37,920 nt of DNA from a phage. This document shows, piece by piece, positions 7,488-15,782 of the stretch. The notes beneath the pieces were generated by a model, which searched no databases, had not been told where the DNA came from, and saw only the letters and a list, made by a program, of their open reading frames with translations. The stretch lies in the NCBI GenBank assembly GCA_033178465.1, contig GCA_033178465.1_4726.4; one strand, written 5' to 3'. A program made the position numbers and the translations under genes. Each line of letters opens with the position of its first letter. The first letter of the stretch is position 1.

Positions 7488-10007
7488 TTAAATAATCGTG
7501 ACGTGTTCGTTATATGTTTCAGGGAGAATGATGTTCGTTTTATCAAGAACCATACACTCGGCTTTACGGAATGATGCGTGGTTGATAACATAGTGGCTGA
7601 TGAACCACACTTGGCTTACACGGTGACCGTCAACCAAACGACGAACAAAATCCATGGCATTAGATTGGTGCTGCGGATCAAATGTTGATGCGAATTCATC
7701 TAACATCAACGGATAATCCGTGAACCCTTTGTAATGCATCATCGCGATGATGAACGCGATATTGATAATTTCCTTTTGTCCCTTACTCCCATAAACAATA
7801 TCTTTTCGCGGTGTCGGATACTTCTCAGTTAAAAGCGGAAAACGATAGTTCAATCCTTGCGCATCGATAGCACATGGGAGTATCTGAAGTTGGTATTCCC
7901 AAATACTCGCAATGATACCGTTCATGTACTCAACGAACGCGTTGATGGGACCCGCAATTGTTTCGGCAATCAGGCCGTTGGATGGACTTAACTCATCCAG
8001 AACAAGTTGTGCATAACCGAGTTGTTCTTCCACCTCTTTTTGTGTCGTTTCCAGCTGAGCCAGAAGCTGTTGGTCGGTTTTAGCTTCCTGTAACTGCTGT
8101 TCGACATGGCTTATTCGGCGAACCGTATCAGACATCGCAGCACGTAACGATTTCGTGTAGAGGTGTTGCAGATACTCTAGCCACAGTTGCGTTAACGCTT
8201 TATCGCTGTTATCAGAACGTACCCGATCTTCCATAATCGCCGTAATGGTTTCCAATCTACCTTCCGTAGCTGTGATGGCTTGTGTTAACCGCTCAACGGT
8301 TGTTAACAACTCTGTCCTGTTCTTATAAAGCAATTCTCGACGTTGCTGTAACGGTTCAACATCAACCGCTTGTACCCGTTCGAGCATACCTTGAAGATGC
8401 TTCCGTTCCTGTTCGGCTTGTGTGTAACGCGCAAGTTTCTCAAACGCAAGCAACCAATCATTAATGATTCCAATACTGCGAAACCCTAATCCGTTTTTAC
8501 GGCCTTCTTCCAGCAGATTATCCCACATGGGTTTAATGGCGTAATAATCCTTCGTCCAACGTGTTAACTGACGATGCTGTTCCATCCAGAGCGTATAGCG
8601 CTGCACCTTCTCGCTAAGCTCAGCTAACGATTTCTCTTGTTCTTCAACCCAAGCACGGCCCTTCTGAATACGTTGTTCAATACCCGCTTTGCTGGTCTTT
8701 TCTGTTTCACCAACGTGAAAGCGATAATTGCATTTTGGACAGCTGGTCTGGGGTTGATGATTCAGGTGGTCAAGATGCGCTTCCAAATCGGCTAACGCAT
8801 GTTTCGCGTTACGCAAACGCATTCTTGCTGCCTCTTCCTCCTTGATGTAAGCTTCAGCATCGTAAACATGATAGGTGTTGTCGGTATCAATCCATTCTTG
8901 CAATAGTTCTGTTAACGGAGCCTGAACTTGCGTGAGCTGTTGTAAACAAACCGCAGCGTCCAGATTCATTGTTAAAAGCTCACCTGGATGATCTTGCTGA
9001 AGTTGTTCGTCCAAACAGGCAAGGCGGGCTTTAATCTGATCGATATCACCTTCGCCAGACTGTTTCAACTGGTCAAGGATATTATCGATACCCAACAGCT
9101 CGTCAACCTGACTTTCGAGTTTCGCATTCGCATTCGCGAGTTGTTCTCTTAGTTCAGCCAGATTCTGCTGTTCTTGTTGCGATGTTCCTCCCTGGTAACG
9201 AACAACCGCACGAAGAAGTTCGCGATTAAAATGATGGGCACGTTGTGCGGATTCCAGAAGCTGTCGTTGATCAACATCGCTATCGAATAACGGCAATCCC
9301 ATCATCGCTTCGAGCGCTGAGCGTTGCTGCTTTAACTCTGCTTCCAATCCCTGGTGGTCGGTTCCGGTGTATTTCGCTTCAATGCGCTGTGATGTTTCAA
9401 CCAACTTATTCAGCGTGTGCTCATTCACCGCTTTCAGTGAACGTACTTGTTGCTTAACCACCTGAAACAACTCGAGTGCGTAATCGACGTTAACCGGACA
9501 TATCTGCGTTAATCGTTCGCGACGTTTCATCGGTCCCATTTCGGTGAACTGGTAAGCCGTTTCGTAACCTAACAACAAACGAATGGTGTCATCATTAAGT
9601 TCAAAATGTTCTTCGATCAGTTTCCACTGGGCCGGTTGTGTGCCACCACCATTCAGGTTCTCGCTGTCGTTAACGTAGAACTCATGCTTAAACCCTTTTT
9701 CTAAACGACTGATAAGACGGTATTGCTTATTACGGTGTTCGCAGCGGTACTCGTAATACCCGTCTTTATCAAAATCGGCACGCTCAGGAACGGTCGGATA
9801 CAGCAAAGGCAATAGACTACTCTTACCGGAACCATTACTACCTAAAATGAGTTGTACGGGATTATCTGGCCGGATGACCAGCTCCCGAATCATCCCGGTA
9901 TCAAAACGATTGAATCCACGTAAGTGGAGATAGGTGCATCGCATGCTATGATAATCCTTCTTCGATACCTTCTGAACCACGGGTTCAGAATGCGAAGCTG
10001 AAGCCAT
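7488..10007 (-). CDS. Rad50/SbcC-family recombination ATPase (T4 gp46-like architecture)
   Basis: Walker A GSNGSGKSS near N-terminus, long coiled-coil-like Q/E/L-rich middle with a CPKC zinc-hook-like motif, signature-like GSKGQKE, Walker B LMLDEFA and H-loop ISH near C-terminus; start uncertain (ATG 10007 lacks an SD; ATG 9944 has AAGGA upstream). Confidence 0.75.
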   Translation of the reverse strand: MASASHSEPVVQKVSKKDYHSMRCTYLHLRGFNRFDTGMIRELVIRPDNPVQLILGSNGSGKSSLLPLLYPTVPERADFDKDGYYEYRCEHRNKQYRLISRLEKGFKHEFYVNDSENLNGGGTQPAQWKLIEEHFELNDDTIRLLLGYETAYQFTEMGPMKRRERLTQICPVNVDYALELFQVVKQQVRSLKAVNEHTLNKLVETSQRIEAKYTGTDHQGLEAELKQQRSALEAMMGLPLFDSDVDQRQLLESAQRAHHFNRELLRAVVRYQGGTSQQEQQNLAELREQLANANAKLESQVDELLGIDNILDQLKQSGEGDIDQIKARLACLDEQLQQDHPGELLTMNLDAAVCLQQLTQVQAPLTELLQEWIDTDNTYHVYDAEAYIKEEEAARMRLRNAKHALADLEAHLDHLNHQPQTSCPKCNYRFHVGETEKTSKAGIEQRIQKGRAWVEEQEKSLAELSEKVQRYTLWMEQHRQLTRWTKDYYAIKPMWDNLLEEGRKNGLGFRSIGIINDWLLAFEKLARYTQAEQERKHLQGMLERVQAVDVEPLQQRRELLYKNRTELLTTVERLTQAITATEGRLETITAIMEDRVRSDNSDKALTQLWLEYLQHLYTKSLRAAMSDTVRRISHVEQQLQEAKTDQQLLAQLETTQKEVEEQLGYAQLVLDELSPSNGLIAETIAGPINAFVEYMNGIIASIWEYQLQILPCAIDAQGLNYRFPLLTEKYPTPRKDIVYGSKGQKEIINIAFIIAMMHYKGFTDYPLMLDEFASTFDPQHQSNAMDFVRRLVDGHRVSQVWFISHYVINHASFRKAECMVLDKTNIILPETYNEHVTII

Positions 10008-10058
10008 ACTTCAGCGTTATTTTCTATATCGTTATTTAAATCAGTAGGAGATTACAGC

Positions 10059-11147
10059 ATGAGCGATCTGGCAACAGACAATCGCACAAAAGGGAGTCAG
10101 CTAGCTCCAGACAACAACGTAAGCGTTTTCCGTATCTATGCCTTGGGTACTGTTGCTGCCGACTTTTCCAATAAAAGTCTGGAGGAAGATCCTAACCAGA
10201 CGCTGGAGGTCTTTCTTGATGAGATGATGTCAGGCGCTGATGGGAAAGTTGAAGCGGCGGGAAGCGTTAAAGAAGTCAGTGCAACAGACGCTCAAGGGAA
10301 CAGCTATACGGCGAAAGCGGCAACAACAACCAGCGTACAGTGTTACTGGTTACCTTTCGGCAGTAACCGGATGACGGCACCTAACTTGAGGAAAGGTCAG
10401 CGTGTGGTGGTCTGGCGTACCGCTGATGAAGAACAGCTCTACTGGCAGCCCAAAGGAGGGGATAGTGAGCTGATGACCATGGAATCGGTTATCCTCACCG
10501 TCAGCGCACGTCCTAGCGCTAAGAAGGACCGTAAATCGATTTCAACGGAAGACTGCTATTACCTAATGGTTGATACCTTCCTCAAGAAAGCGGTTATCGG
10601 CACCAGCGCACAGCTTGGTGAAGTTACCCAAGTCTACATGGAACTTAATCTGGACGAGGGTTACCTACAGGTTGCGGACAGCGTCCATCAAAATCTGCTG
10701 TTACTCCATTTCGTTGAACATATGCTGCGTTATCAAAACCAGGATGACAGCATCATCGACGTGACAAAAAAGAACATCACATTCCAGTGCGAGGATACGC
10801 TCAAAGCAATCGCTAAGAACGATATCCGAATGAAAGCAAAAAATATTTATACGGAATGTGAGAACTTCGAGCGTACTAGCAAAACAGAAAGCGTTACGAG
10901 TCAGAATGTTTCTTTGAAGTGTGATCGTTACACCGCGCAAGTATCAGGACAGACCACGTTTAAATGTCCGAATACGGTATTCACTGGAGCTGTAAGCTTC
11001 ACAGGTGAAGACGGAAACACGATGACGCTGAATGGGAACTTCATACACATCGCAGGCTCTTGGCGTTCACCAACCGGAACAAACGTATACACCCACGATC
11101 ACGGTGGTGTAGATCGTGGCAGCGGTCGTACAGACCCGTTCCAATAA
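10059..11147 (+). CDS. Putative baseplate central spike protein (gpV-like), tentative
   Basis: ATG at 10059 with AGGAG 8 nt upstream; C-terminus YTHDHGGVDRGSGRTDP resembles the His-rich apex of gpV/gp45-type spikes as I recall them; not verified. Confidence 0.35.
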   Translation: MSDLATDNRTKGSQLAPDNNVSVFRIYALGTVAADFSNKSLEEDPNQTLEVFLDEMMSGADGKVEAAGSVKEVSATDAQGNSYTAKAATTTSVQCYWLPFGSNRMTAPNLRKGQRVVVWRTADEEQLYWQPKGGDSELMTMESVILTVSARPSAKKDRKSISTEDCYYLMVDTFLKKAVIGTSAQLGEVTQVYMELNLDEGYLQVADSVHQNLLLLHFVEHMLRYQNQDDSIIDVTKKNITFQCEDTLKAIAKNDIRMKAKNIYTECENFERTSKTESVTSQNVSLKCDRYTAQVSGQTTFKCPNTVFTGAVSFTGEDGNTMTLNGNFIHIAGSWRSPTGTNVYTHDHGGVDRGSGRTDPFQ

Positions 11148-11166
11148 AAAAGAAATGCTATACAAC

Positions 11167-11200
11167 CTCCTTCCCTAGCCGTCAAGGCCGGGGAAGGAGG
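11167..11200. terminator. Conserved GGAGG-rich hairpin at convergent junction
   Basis: Stem CCTCCTTCCC / GGGAAGGAGG (10 bp), loop TAGCCGTCAAGGCC; between stop 11147 (plus) and stop 11216 (minus). Confidence 0.45.
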
Positions 11201-11215
11201 ATTATAGTTTATTTA

Positions 11216-11605
11216 TTAACGCGTTGCATTCTGGATGATTTCTTTTCCGATCTTAACCAAAGCGGGTATCTGTACAGCGGTTGCGCCTCGATGACGAAAC
11301 GCAGTCGTTAACGCGGTATCGATACTCACCGCACGTCCGTGAAGACGATCGAAATAGACTTGAGTGATTGCGGTAGCGTAATCCTTTCGCTGTTTCTTGG
11401 TTTGGCTCAACAGCGCCGCACTATGACTAACGATGAAGTAAGCGATTAAGAAGAACGCCGCTGACCGCGAACCAGGTAGAAAACCTTGTCGCTTAGGAAG
11501 CATCTCACAATCGCGAACACTATTATCGTTCGCCAGCTCTTCCATATCAACACAGCATAATTTTGCATAGGTGTGGAGATAGTGGGTAAAAGTTGAATTT
11601 AACAT
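11216..11605 (-). CDS. Hypothetical protein (129 aa from ATG 11605)
   Basis: Track ORF begins at GTG 11653; ATG at 11605 has GAGGAAAG upstream; hydrophobic central segment. Confidence 0.5.
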   Translation of the reverse strand: MLNSTFTHYLHTYAKLCCVDMEELANDNSVRDCEMLPKRQGFLPGSRSAAFFLIAYFIVSHSAALLSQTKKQRKDYATAITQVYFDRLHGRAVSIDTALTTAFRHRGATAVQIPALVKIGKEIIQNATR

Positions 11606-11711
11606 TTTTCTTTCCTCGATTACAATGAGTTCAATGTATAGCTTAAACGTCACAGAACGACGTATAACGGTTTGTTTTAATTTCTAATGGGTTTCCTTAT
11701 CTAAGATTGAA

Positions 11712-12074
11712 TTAAAGCGCTCTGAAGAGTTCTGTAGCGTTCTCGTCACGTAGACAGGCTTCGTTCAACAATTCAGCTAACAGCTTCGACCGAACTTCAA
11801 CAAATGTCCTGAGGCGATGCTCCCATTCTAAACGGATGGTGTAAGTATTATCCAGGTTTTTGTAATCAACGACAGATACCGAGCAGCGGGGTTCACGTTT
11901 GTTCACAGCACTCCAAACATCACGGATAACCGTCACGCCTTTCTTGGTGCATGTAAACGTTAAAATACAGCGGTTATTCGCAGCTTCTTCACGGACATGA
12001 CTAAATTCACTTCGTAACGATGAGACTTTGATCAGTCGGTCAATAGCTAACGATAAACCGATACGTTGTTGCAT
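11712..12074 (-). CDS. Hypothetical small protein (120 aa)
   Basis: ATG 12074 with AGAGGGGA 6 nt upstream; start lies 1 nt from the upstream stop. Confidence 0.55.
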   Translation of the reverse strand: MQQRIGLSLAIDRLIKVSSLRSEFSHVREEAANNRCILTFTCTKKGVTVIRDVWSAVNKREPRCSVSVVDYKNLDNTYTIRLEWEHRLRTFVEVRSKLLAELLNEACLRDENATELFRAL

Positions 12075-12075
12075 A

Positions 12076-12504
12076 TCAAATCCCCTCTTTCAGAATCTCA
12101 TCGAGGCTATTAGCAACCGCATCTAACTTCGTGCTGATTACTTTTGGTGTCAATCCGTATATTTTCCAAACTATCTGCGGTTGACGTATTCCATTTGTCT
12201 GACAATACATCTCGATCGACAACACCATATCGTCGGTGAACGTCGTGCTTTCGCAACAACGAAGATAGGCAGCCTCGAGCAACGTCTTTCCTAACGTGGT
12301 ACACACAAAAGTCAATCGAACGCAACGCATAGACAACGTGTTCGCATTCATTGATGCTGAGATCGGCTGAATGTGTTCACTCAGTTTTTCGTCTTCACGT
12401 AAAAGTGATAGGGTGCGATGTAAGCTGGTATGCTGAGCAACCAGCGAATGATAAAGACCAACGCGCGCTGCAGTTGCTGCTGATTCGGGCCATTTAATTT
12501 TCAT
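12076..12504 (-). CDS. Hypothetical small protein (142 aa)
   Basis: ATG 12504 with GAGGAA 6 nt upstream. Confidence 0.55.
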   Translation of the reverse strand: MKIKWPESAATAARVGLYHSLVAQHTSLHRTLSLLREDEKLSEHIQPISASMNANTLSMRCVRLTFVCTTLGKTLLEAAYLRCCESTTFTDDMVLSIEMYCQTNGIRQPQIVWKIYGLTPKVISTKLDAVANSLDEILKEGI

Positions 12505-12519
12505 GTTCGATTCCTCGTA

Positions 12520-12963
12520 TTAACACTGTGTTCCATTCGATAAGCGGGTGGTATCAAAACGATCCAGTTGGTGTACAATGCTATTAGCAACACGATGCAA
12601 ATAGTGTATTTTGTCCATTCGTGAAATCGCAGAAATCGTCCAGCAAGCCTCTGACGTCCAATAGGTGCCGTCTTCACTAAGGCTAACGTTATAAACTAAT
12701 TTCGTCATCACATTTCTCGCCTTATGCTCAGCAGACCAGAATATGTTTTCTAACACATCCTTCCCCGTTTGTGAAAACACGAACCCAAGCTTCACGTCGA
12801 AGTCGGATGCTTCAAGATTAACGAAGTGAAGATGATTCTCCAAAGGCGCAAAAGAGGCTAAACGTTCCAGCGCGTTTTGCAGCGTGGGATGATCGAGCTT
12901 TTCGAGATCATCTACAGGTTGTTCAGGTACAATCGCGATCGATTTACAGAATTTAATTTCCAT
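12520..12963 (-). CDS. Hypothetical small protein (147 aa)
   Basis: ATG 12963 with AAGAGGAA upstream. Confidence 0.55.
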   Translation of the reverse strand: MEIKFCKSIAIVPEQPVDDLEKLDHPTLQNALERLASFAPLENHLHFVNLEASDFDVKLGFVFSQTGKDVLENIFWSAEHKARNVMTKLVYNVSLSEDGTYWTSEACWTISAISRMDKIHYLHRVANSIVHQLDRFDTTRLSNGTQC

Positions 12964-12993
12964 GGTAGGTTCCTCTTGATAGATGGTAGTAAC

Positions 12994-13013
12994 GGGGATA
13001 CCGCGGTATCCCC
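12994..13013. promoter_or_regulatory. Perfect 20-bp palindrome GGGGATACCGCGGTATCCCC
   Basis: Exact palindrome about 30 nt upstream of the RBS of gene 12520-12963; a related palindrome occurs at 27492-27509. Confidence 0.35.
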
Positions 13014-13071
13014 TAAGTCTTTATAACACACCCCAAGCCATATTGGGTACAGGCTCGTTACGTTCGATGAA

Positions 13072-13473
13072 TCACATCAGTTGTTCTTTAAGTTGGGTTA
13101 ACTTATTTGCAACGATGTTCTCAACGTCGATCATCTTGTTCATGTTGTCGAGGGTATCCTGCCAGATGAAAATATCCACGGAACCGGTTCCGGCTAACGC
13201 GTTCTCAGGACGATGGTCGCGGGTCACGTAGCGTGGTCTCTGCGGGCAGGTTTGTAACTCGATCCAAAGCGCATCTAACGGACCGTGGTCCGTGACACCT
13301 AAGGCGAAGAATTCACCTCGTACGACCAGAACATCATCAGCCGTCCTGACACGGGTTGATCCTTCGTACACCAATTCCATCTTTGCTCGGCAGGACGGGT
13401 TCCCGTTCCACGCCTGGACGGCATCGGCAAGGGCTATTGACGTTGCGGTGGTGTTCGTTTGATCATGTTGCAT
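13072..13473 (-). CDS. Hypothetical small protein (133 aa)
   Basis: ATG 13473 with AGGAG 7 nt upstream. Confidence 0.55.
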   Translation of the reverse strand: MQHDQTNTTATSIALADAVQAWNGNPSCRAKMELVYEGSTRVRTADDVLVVRGEFFALGVTDHGPLDALWIELQTCPQRPRYVTRDHRPENALAGTGSVDIFIWQDTLDNMNKMIDVENIVANKLTQLKEQLM

Positions 13474-13550
13474 TCTAAGCTCCTGTAACGCTCTATAAGC
13501 GTCGTTTTAAGTTAAGGTATAGTTTCCCTTCTTTGGATTCGTTTATTGCG

Positions 13551-13826
13551 TTATACGGCTTTTCTGTGCGCGTAGAACGCCTTCGTTCCGTTGTTGATTG
13601 CTTCAACCACATCCGGGGTTAACACAACGGCGTTATCGCTTCGAGATGACGGTGCGTAATACCCTTCACCGTTCTCGGTAATCAGGCGATAACGGACTAA
13701 GCCTATGCTCGGTTCAACACGTAGCACCTTCTCAAGTTTGTATTTGATGATCTTCGTCAGGCTGACTGTGTCTGACGCGTAGATTGCTTTATAAACCTTG
13801 TTCTTTGCTGTCGGTTTCATCAACAT
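13551..13826 (-). CDS. Hypothetical small protein (91 aa)
   Basis: ORF with ATG 13826; weak RBS. Confidence 0.45.
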   Translation of the reverse strand: MLMKPTAKNKVYKAIYASDTVSLTKIIKYKLEKVLRVEPSIGLVRYRLITENGEGYYAPSSRSDNAVVLTPDVVEAINNGTKAFYAHRKAV

Positions 13827-13866
13827 GATTTCTGTTGTATTTTCCTTTTCGTTTGTTGGTGATGGA

Positions 13867-14166
13867 TTAAGGTTTAGGTTCCGTTTTGTGTTGTGCGAGT
13901 AGTGTGTTGATCTGCTCCCGTTGTTCTTTTAAGCATGCGGGAAGCTGGTCTTCCCGCACCGTTCCGATTTCCAACGTGATGTACCAACGTTGTTCGGAAG
14001 CCTGCCATTGAAAACTGCTCTGTAAACGTAGGATGTTAGGATCGTGTACCTTGCTTGCGCTGTAGCGGTTGAACCAATCCAGGTAAGCTGCTTTCCCCTC
14101 CTCATCGGCAACGTAACGCTGCACGCTGTTCTTCCCTTTGTTTTCGTATCCCGTTGCACGTATCAT
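13867..14166 (-). CDS. Hypothetical small protein (99 aa from ATG 14166)
   Basis: Track ORF 13867-14223 overlaps the upstream gene; the only in-frame ATG (14166) has AAGGAG upstream and removes the overlap. Confidence 0.5.
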   Translation of the reverse strand: MIRATGYENKGKNSVQRYVADEEGKAAYLDWFNRYSASKVHDPNILRLQSSFQWQASEQRWYITLEIGTVREDQLPACLKEQREQINTLLAQHKTEPKP

Positions 14167-14189
14167 GCGAATGTTTCTCCTTGGTTGTA

Positions 14190-14939
14190 TTAGGGATGGC
14201 GCAACATAGTCACATCCCAGCATACCAGCTTGCTTTTCTCAAGCATCTTCTGCGCGATATCGACGCTAACTCTAGGATGCATGACAGGTAGCCAACGTTC
14301 GTTAAGTACCTTCGCTTCCAGGCGTTGCTTGCGCTTATTGTAACGTACCTCGCTAACCCATGCGTAACCAAAAGGATGGATAACCCGTGGGTAGTAACGT
14401 TTAAGCATCATCAGTCTTTGCTGATAAAGTTTATCGGAACCCTCGCTAACGAATAAGGCAACCCGTTCCAACCGCTTGGTGTAATACGTTCCGGTGGTAT
14501 GATTGATCCAACCAGGAAGTGCGCGTACGTCATTTTCGAGTGTTCCTGATACGTTGTGCACTTCACCGCTATACACCGTCCCAACAACCTGATTCGCTGC
14601 GCCCACCATCGACCGTGGCAAAGCATCCGCGGTAGGATACAACCATGCGTCCCCAAGCTGCTCTCCCGACGCAAGTACGCGTAGTCCGCTTGCGCTCATC
14701 CGTTGCGGATGCTGGCTCTTATGCGCACGCAACTGCACCACAGATAAGTCCGCTGGATAGGCGACGCAACAACCTCGCTGACGGAACAGTCCAACCTCAC
14801 CATCCATCCCTTCGATCATGCTTCCTTCCGAACCGTTCCACCAACGCTTAACCTTCACGCATTCCGCTTGCACAGCCTCAGGCAACGTTAGATAATCGTG
14901 CTCGATAAACACCACATCAAAAATTAATTCATTGTTCAT
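14190..14939 (-). CDS. Hypothetical protein (249 aa), first gene of the small-gene cassette
   Basis: ATG 14939 with AGAGGA upstream; immediately downstream of the AT-rich regulatory region. Confidence 0.55.
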   Translation of the reverse strand: MNNELIFDVVFIEHDYLTLPEAVQAECVKVKRWWNGSEGSMIEGMDGEVGLFRQRGCCVAYPADLSVVQLRAHKSQHPQRMSASGLRVLASGEQLGDAWLYPTADALPRSMVGAANQVVGTVYSGEVHNVSGTLENDVRALPGWINHTTGTYYTKRLERVALFVSEGSDKLYQQRLMMLKRYYPRVIHPFGYAWVSEVRYNKRKQRLEAKVLNERWLPVMHPRVSVDIAQKMLEKSKLVCWDVTMLRHP

Positions 14940-15190
14940 TTAAAAAGATCCTCTGTTTCACGTTAATTAAACAACGTATTGATTTCTATTCGACAACAAT
15001 ACGAACATTGTCCGTATGCATCATAGAGGTAATATAGCCGTGAAAGGATTTGTGTTACAGAAAGGGTTTTGTTGTGTTTTAAGAAGGGATGGATTTAGAA
15101 GAGGTGTTTCAAGGAAGGTAAACGAGGATGGTTATTTTAATTTAAGTAAGTAAGATGTTATCTGTATTTGTTAAAAGTGTATTGTCCATG

Positions 15191-15254
15191 TTATCTTGTT
15201 TATCTTAGGTTTAATCGTTTTATCTTTGTATGTTTAAGTTGTTTTATTTATCTT
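15191..15254. repeat. Iteron-like TTATCTT heptamer repeats (4 copies)
   Basis: TTATCTT at 15191, 15200, 15220 and 15248. Confidence 0.4.
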
Positions 15255-15738
15255 GTTTGTATATTTAAATTAAATCAATAAGCGTATCTTCAAAACAATG
15301 GATAACATGTGTTTACTACCTTAATGGTAACACATGTCATCTGTGCATTACACTCCGTTATCACTTCGTTACATGCTTATATGTTGGATAACTCAAAAAA
15401 CCATTTGTGATACTCTTCTTCACGTTGTTCATCAGAGTATCTCGTCTATACTCATTGCATTCGTATACGACATAACCGTTATACGCTAACGCTACGCTTA
15501 TAGCTTGATAACTCTAAGGATAAAAACATAAACTCGCTTCGCTCGTTTAGTTTTTCTTTTTCTTAGAGTTATCCTGTTGCTCGTCTCTAAAGGACTTCGC
15601 TCCTCCCCCGTCCCCCGAAGGGGCCGAGGTCGTGGAAATTTTACTTTCCAAATACATTTACAACATCTGTAAACTTTTACTCCAGGTACTTAATCTTATC
15701 ATTAGAAATTATAAAGAGAAGAATAAACACAAACATAA

Positions 15739-15763
15739 ACCTTCCCCCGACCCAACAGGGAAG
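15739..15763 (-). terminator. Intrinsic terminator candidate after gene 15783-16676
   Basis: Stem CCTTCCC / GGGAAGG with 11-nt loop; on the minus strand it is followed by a T-rich tract (complement of 15721-15738). Confidence 0.45.
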
Positions 15764-15782
15764 GAGGAAGGGAGAGATTAAA

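Larger units (their letters stand above)
14940..15782. promoter_or_regulatory. AT-rich 843-bp non-coding region with direct and inverted repeats (candidate promoter cluster or origin)
   Basis: No ORF of 60 aa or more in the track; TTATCTT heptamer four times within 15191-15254; AATGG(A)TAACA direct repeats and ACATGTGTT / AACACATGT inverted repeat at 15297-15337; second copy of the 17-mer GTAATATAGCCGTGAAA at 15029-15045. Confidence 0.45.
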
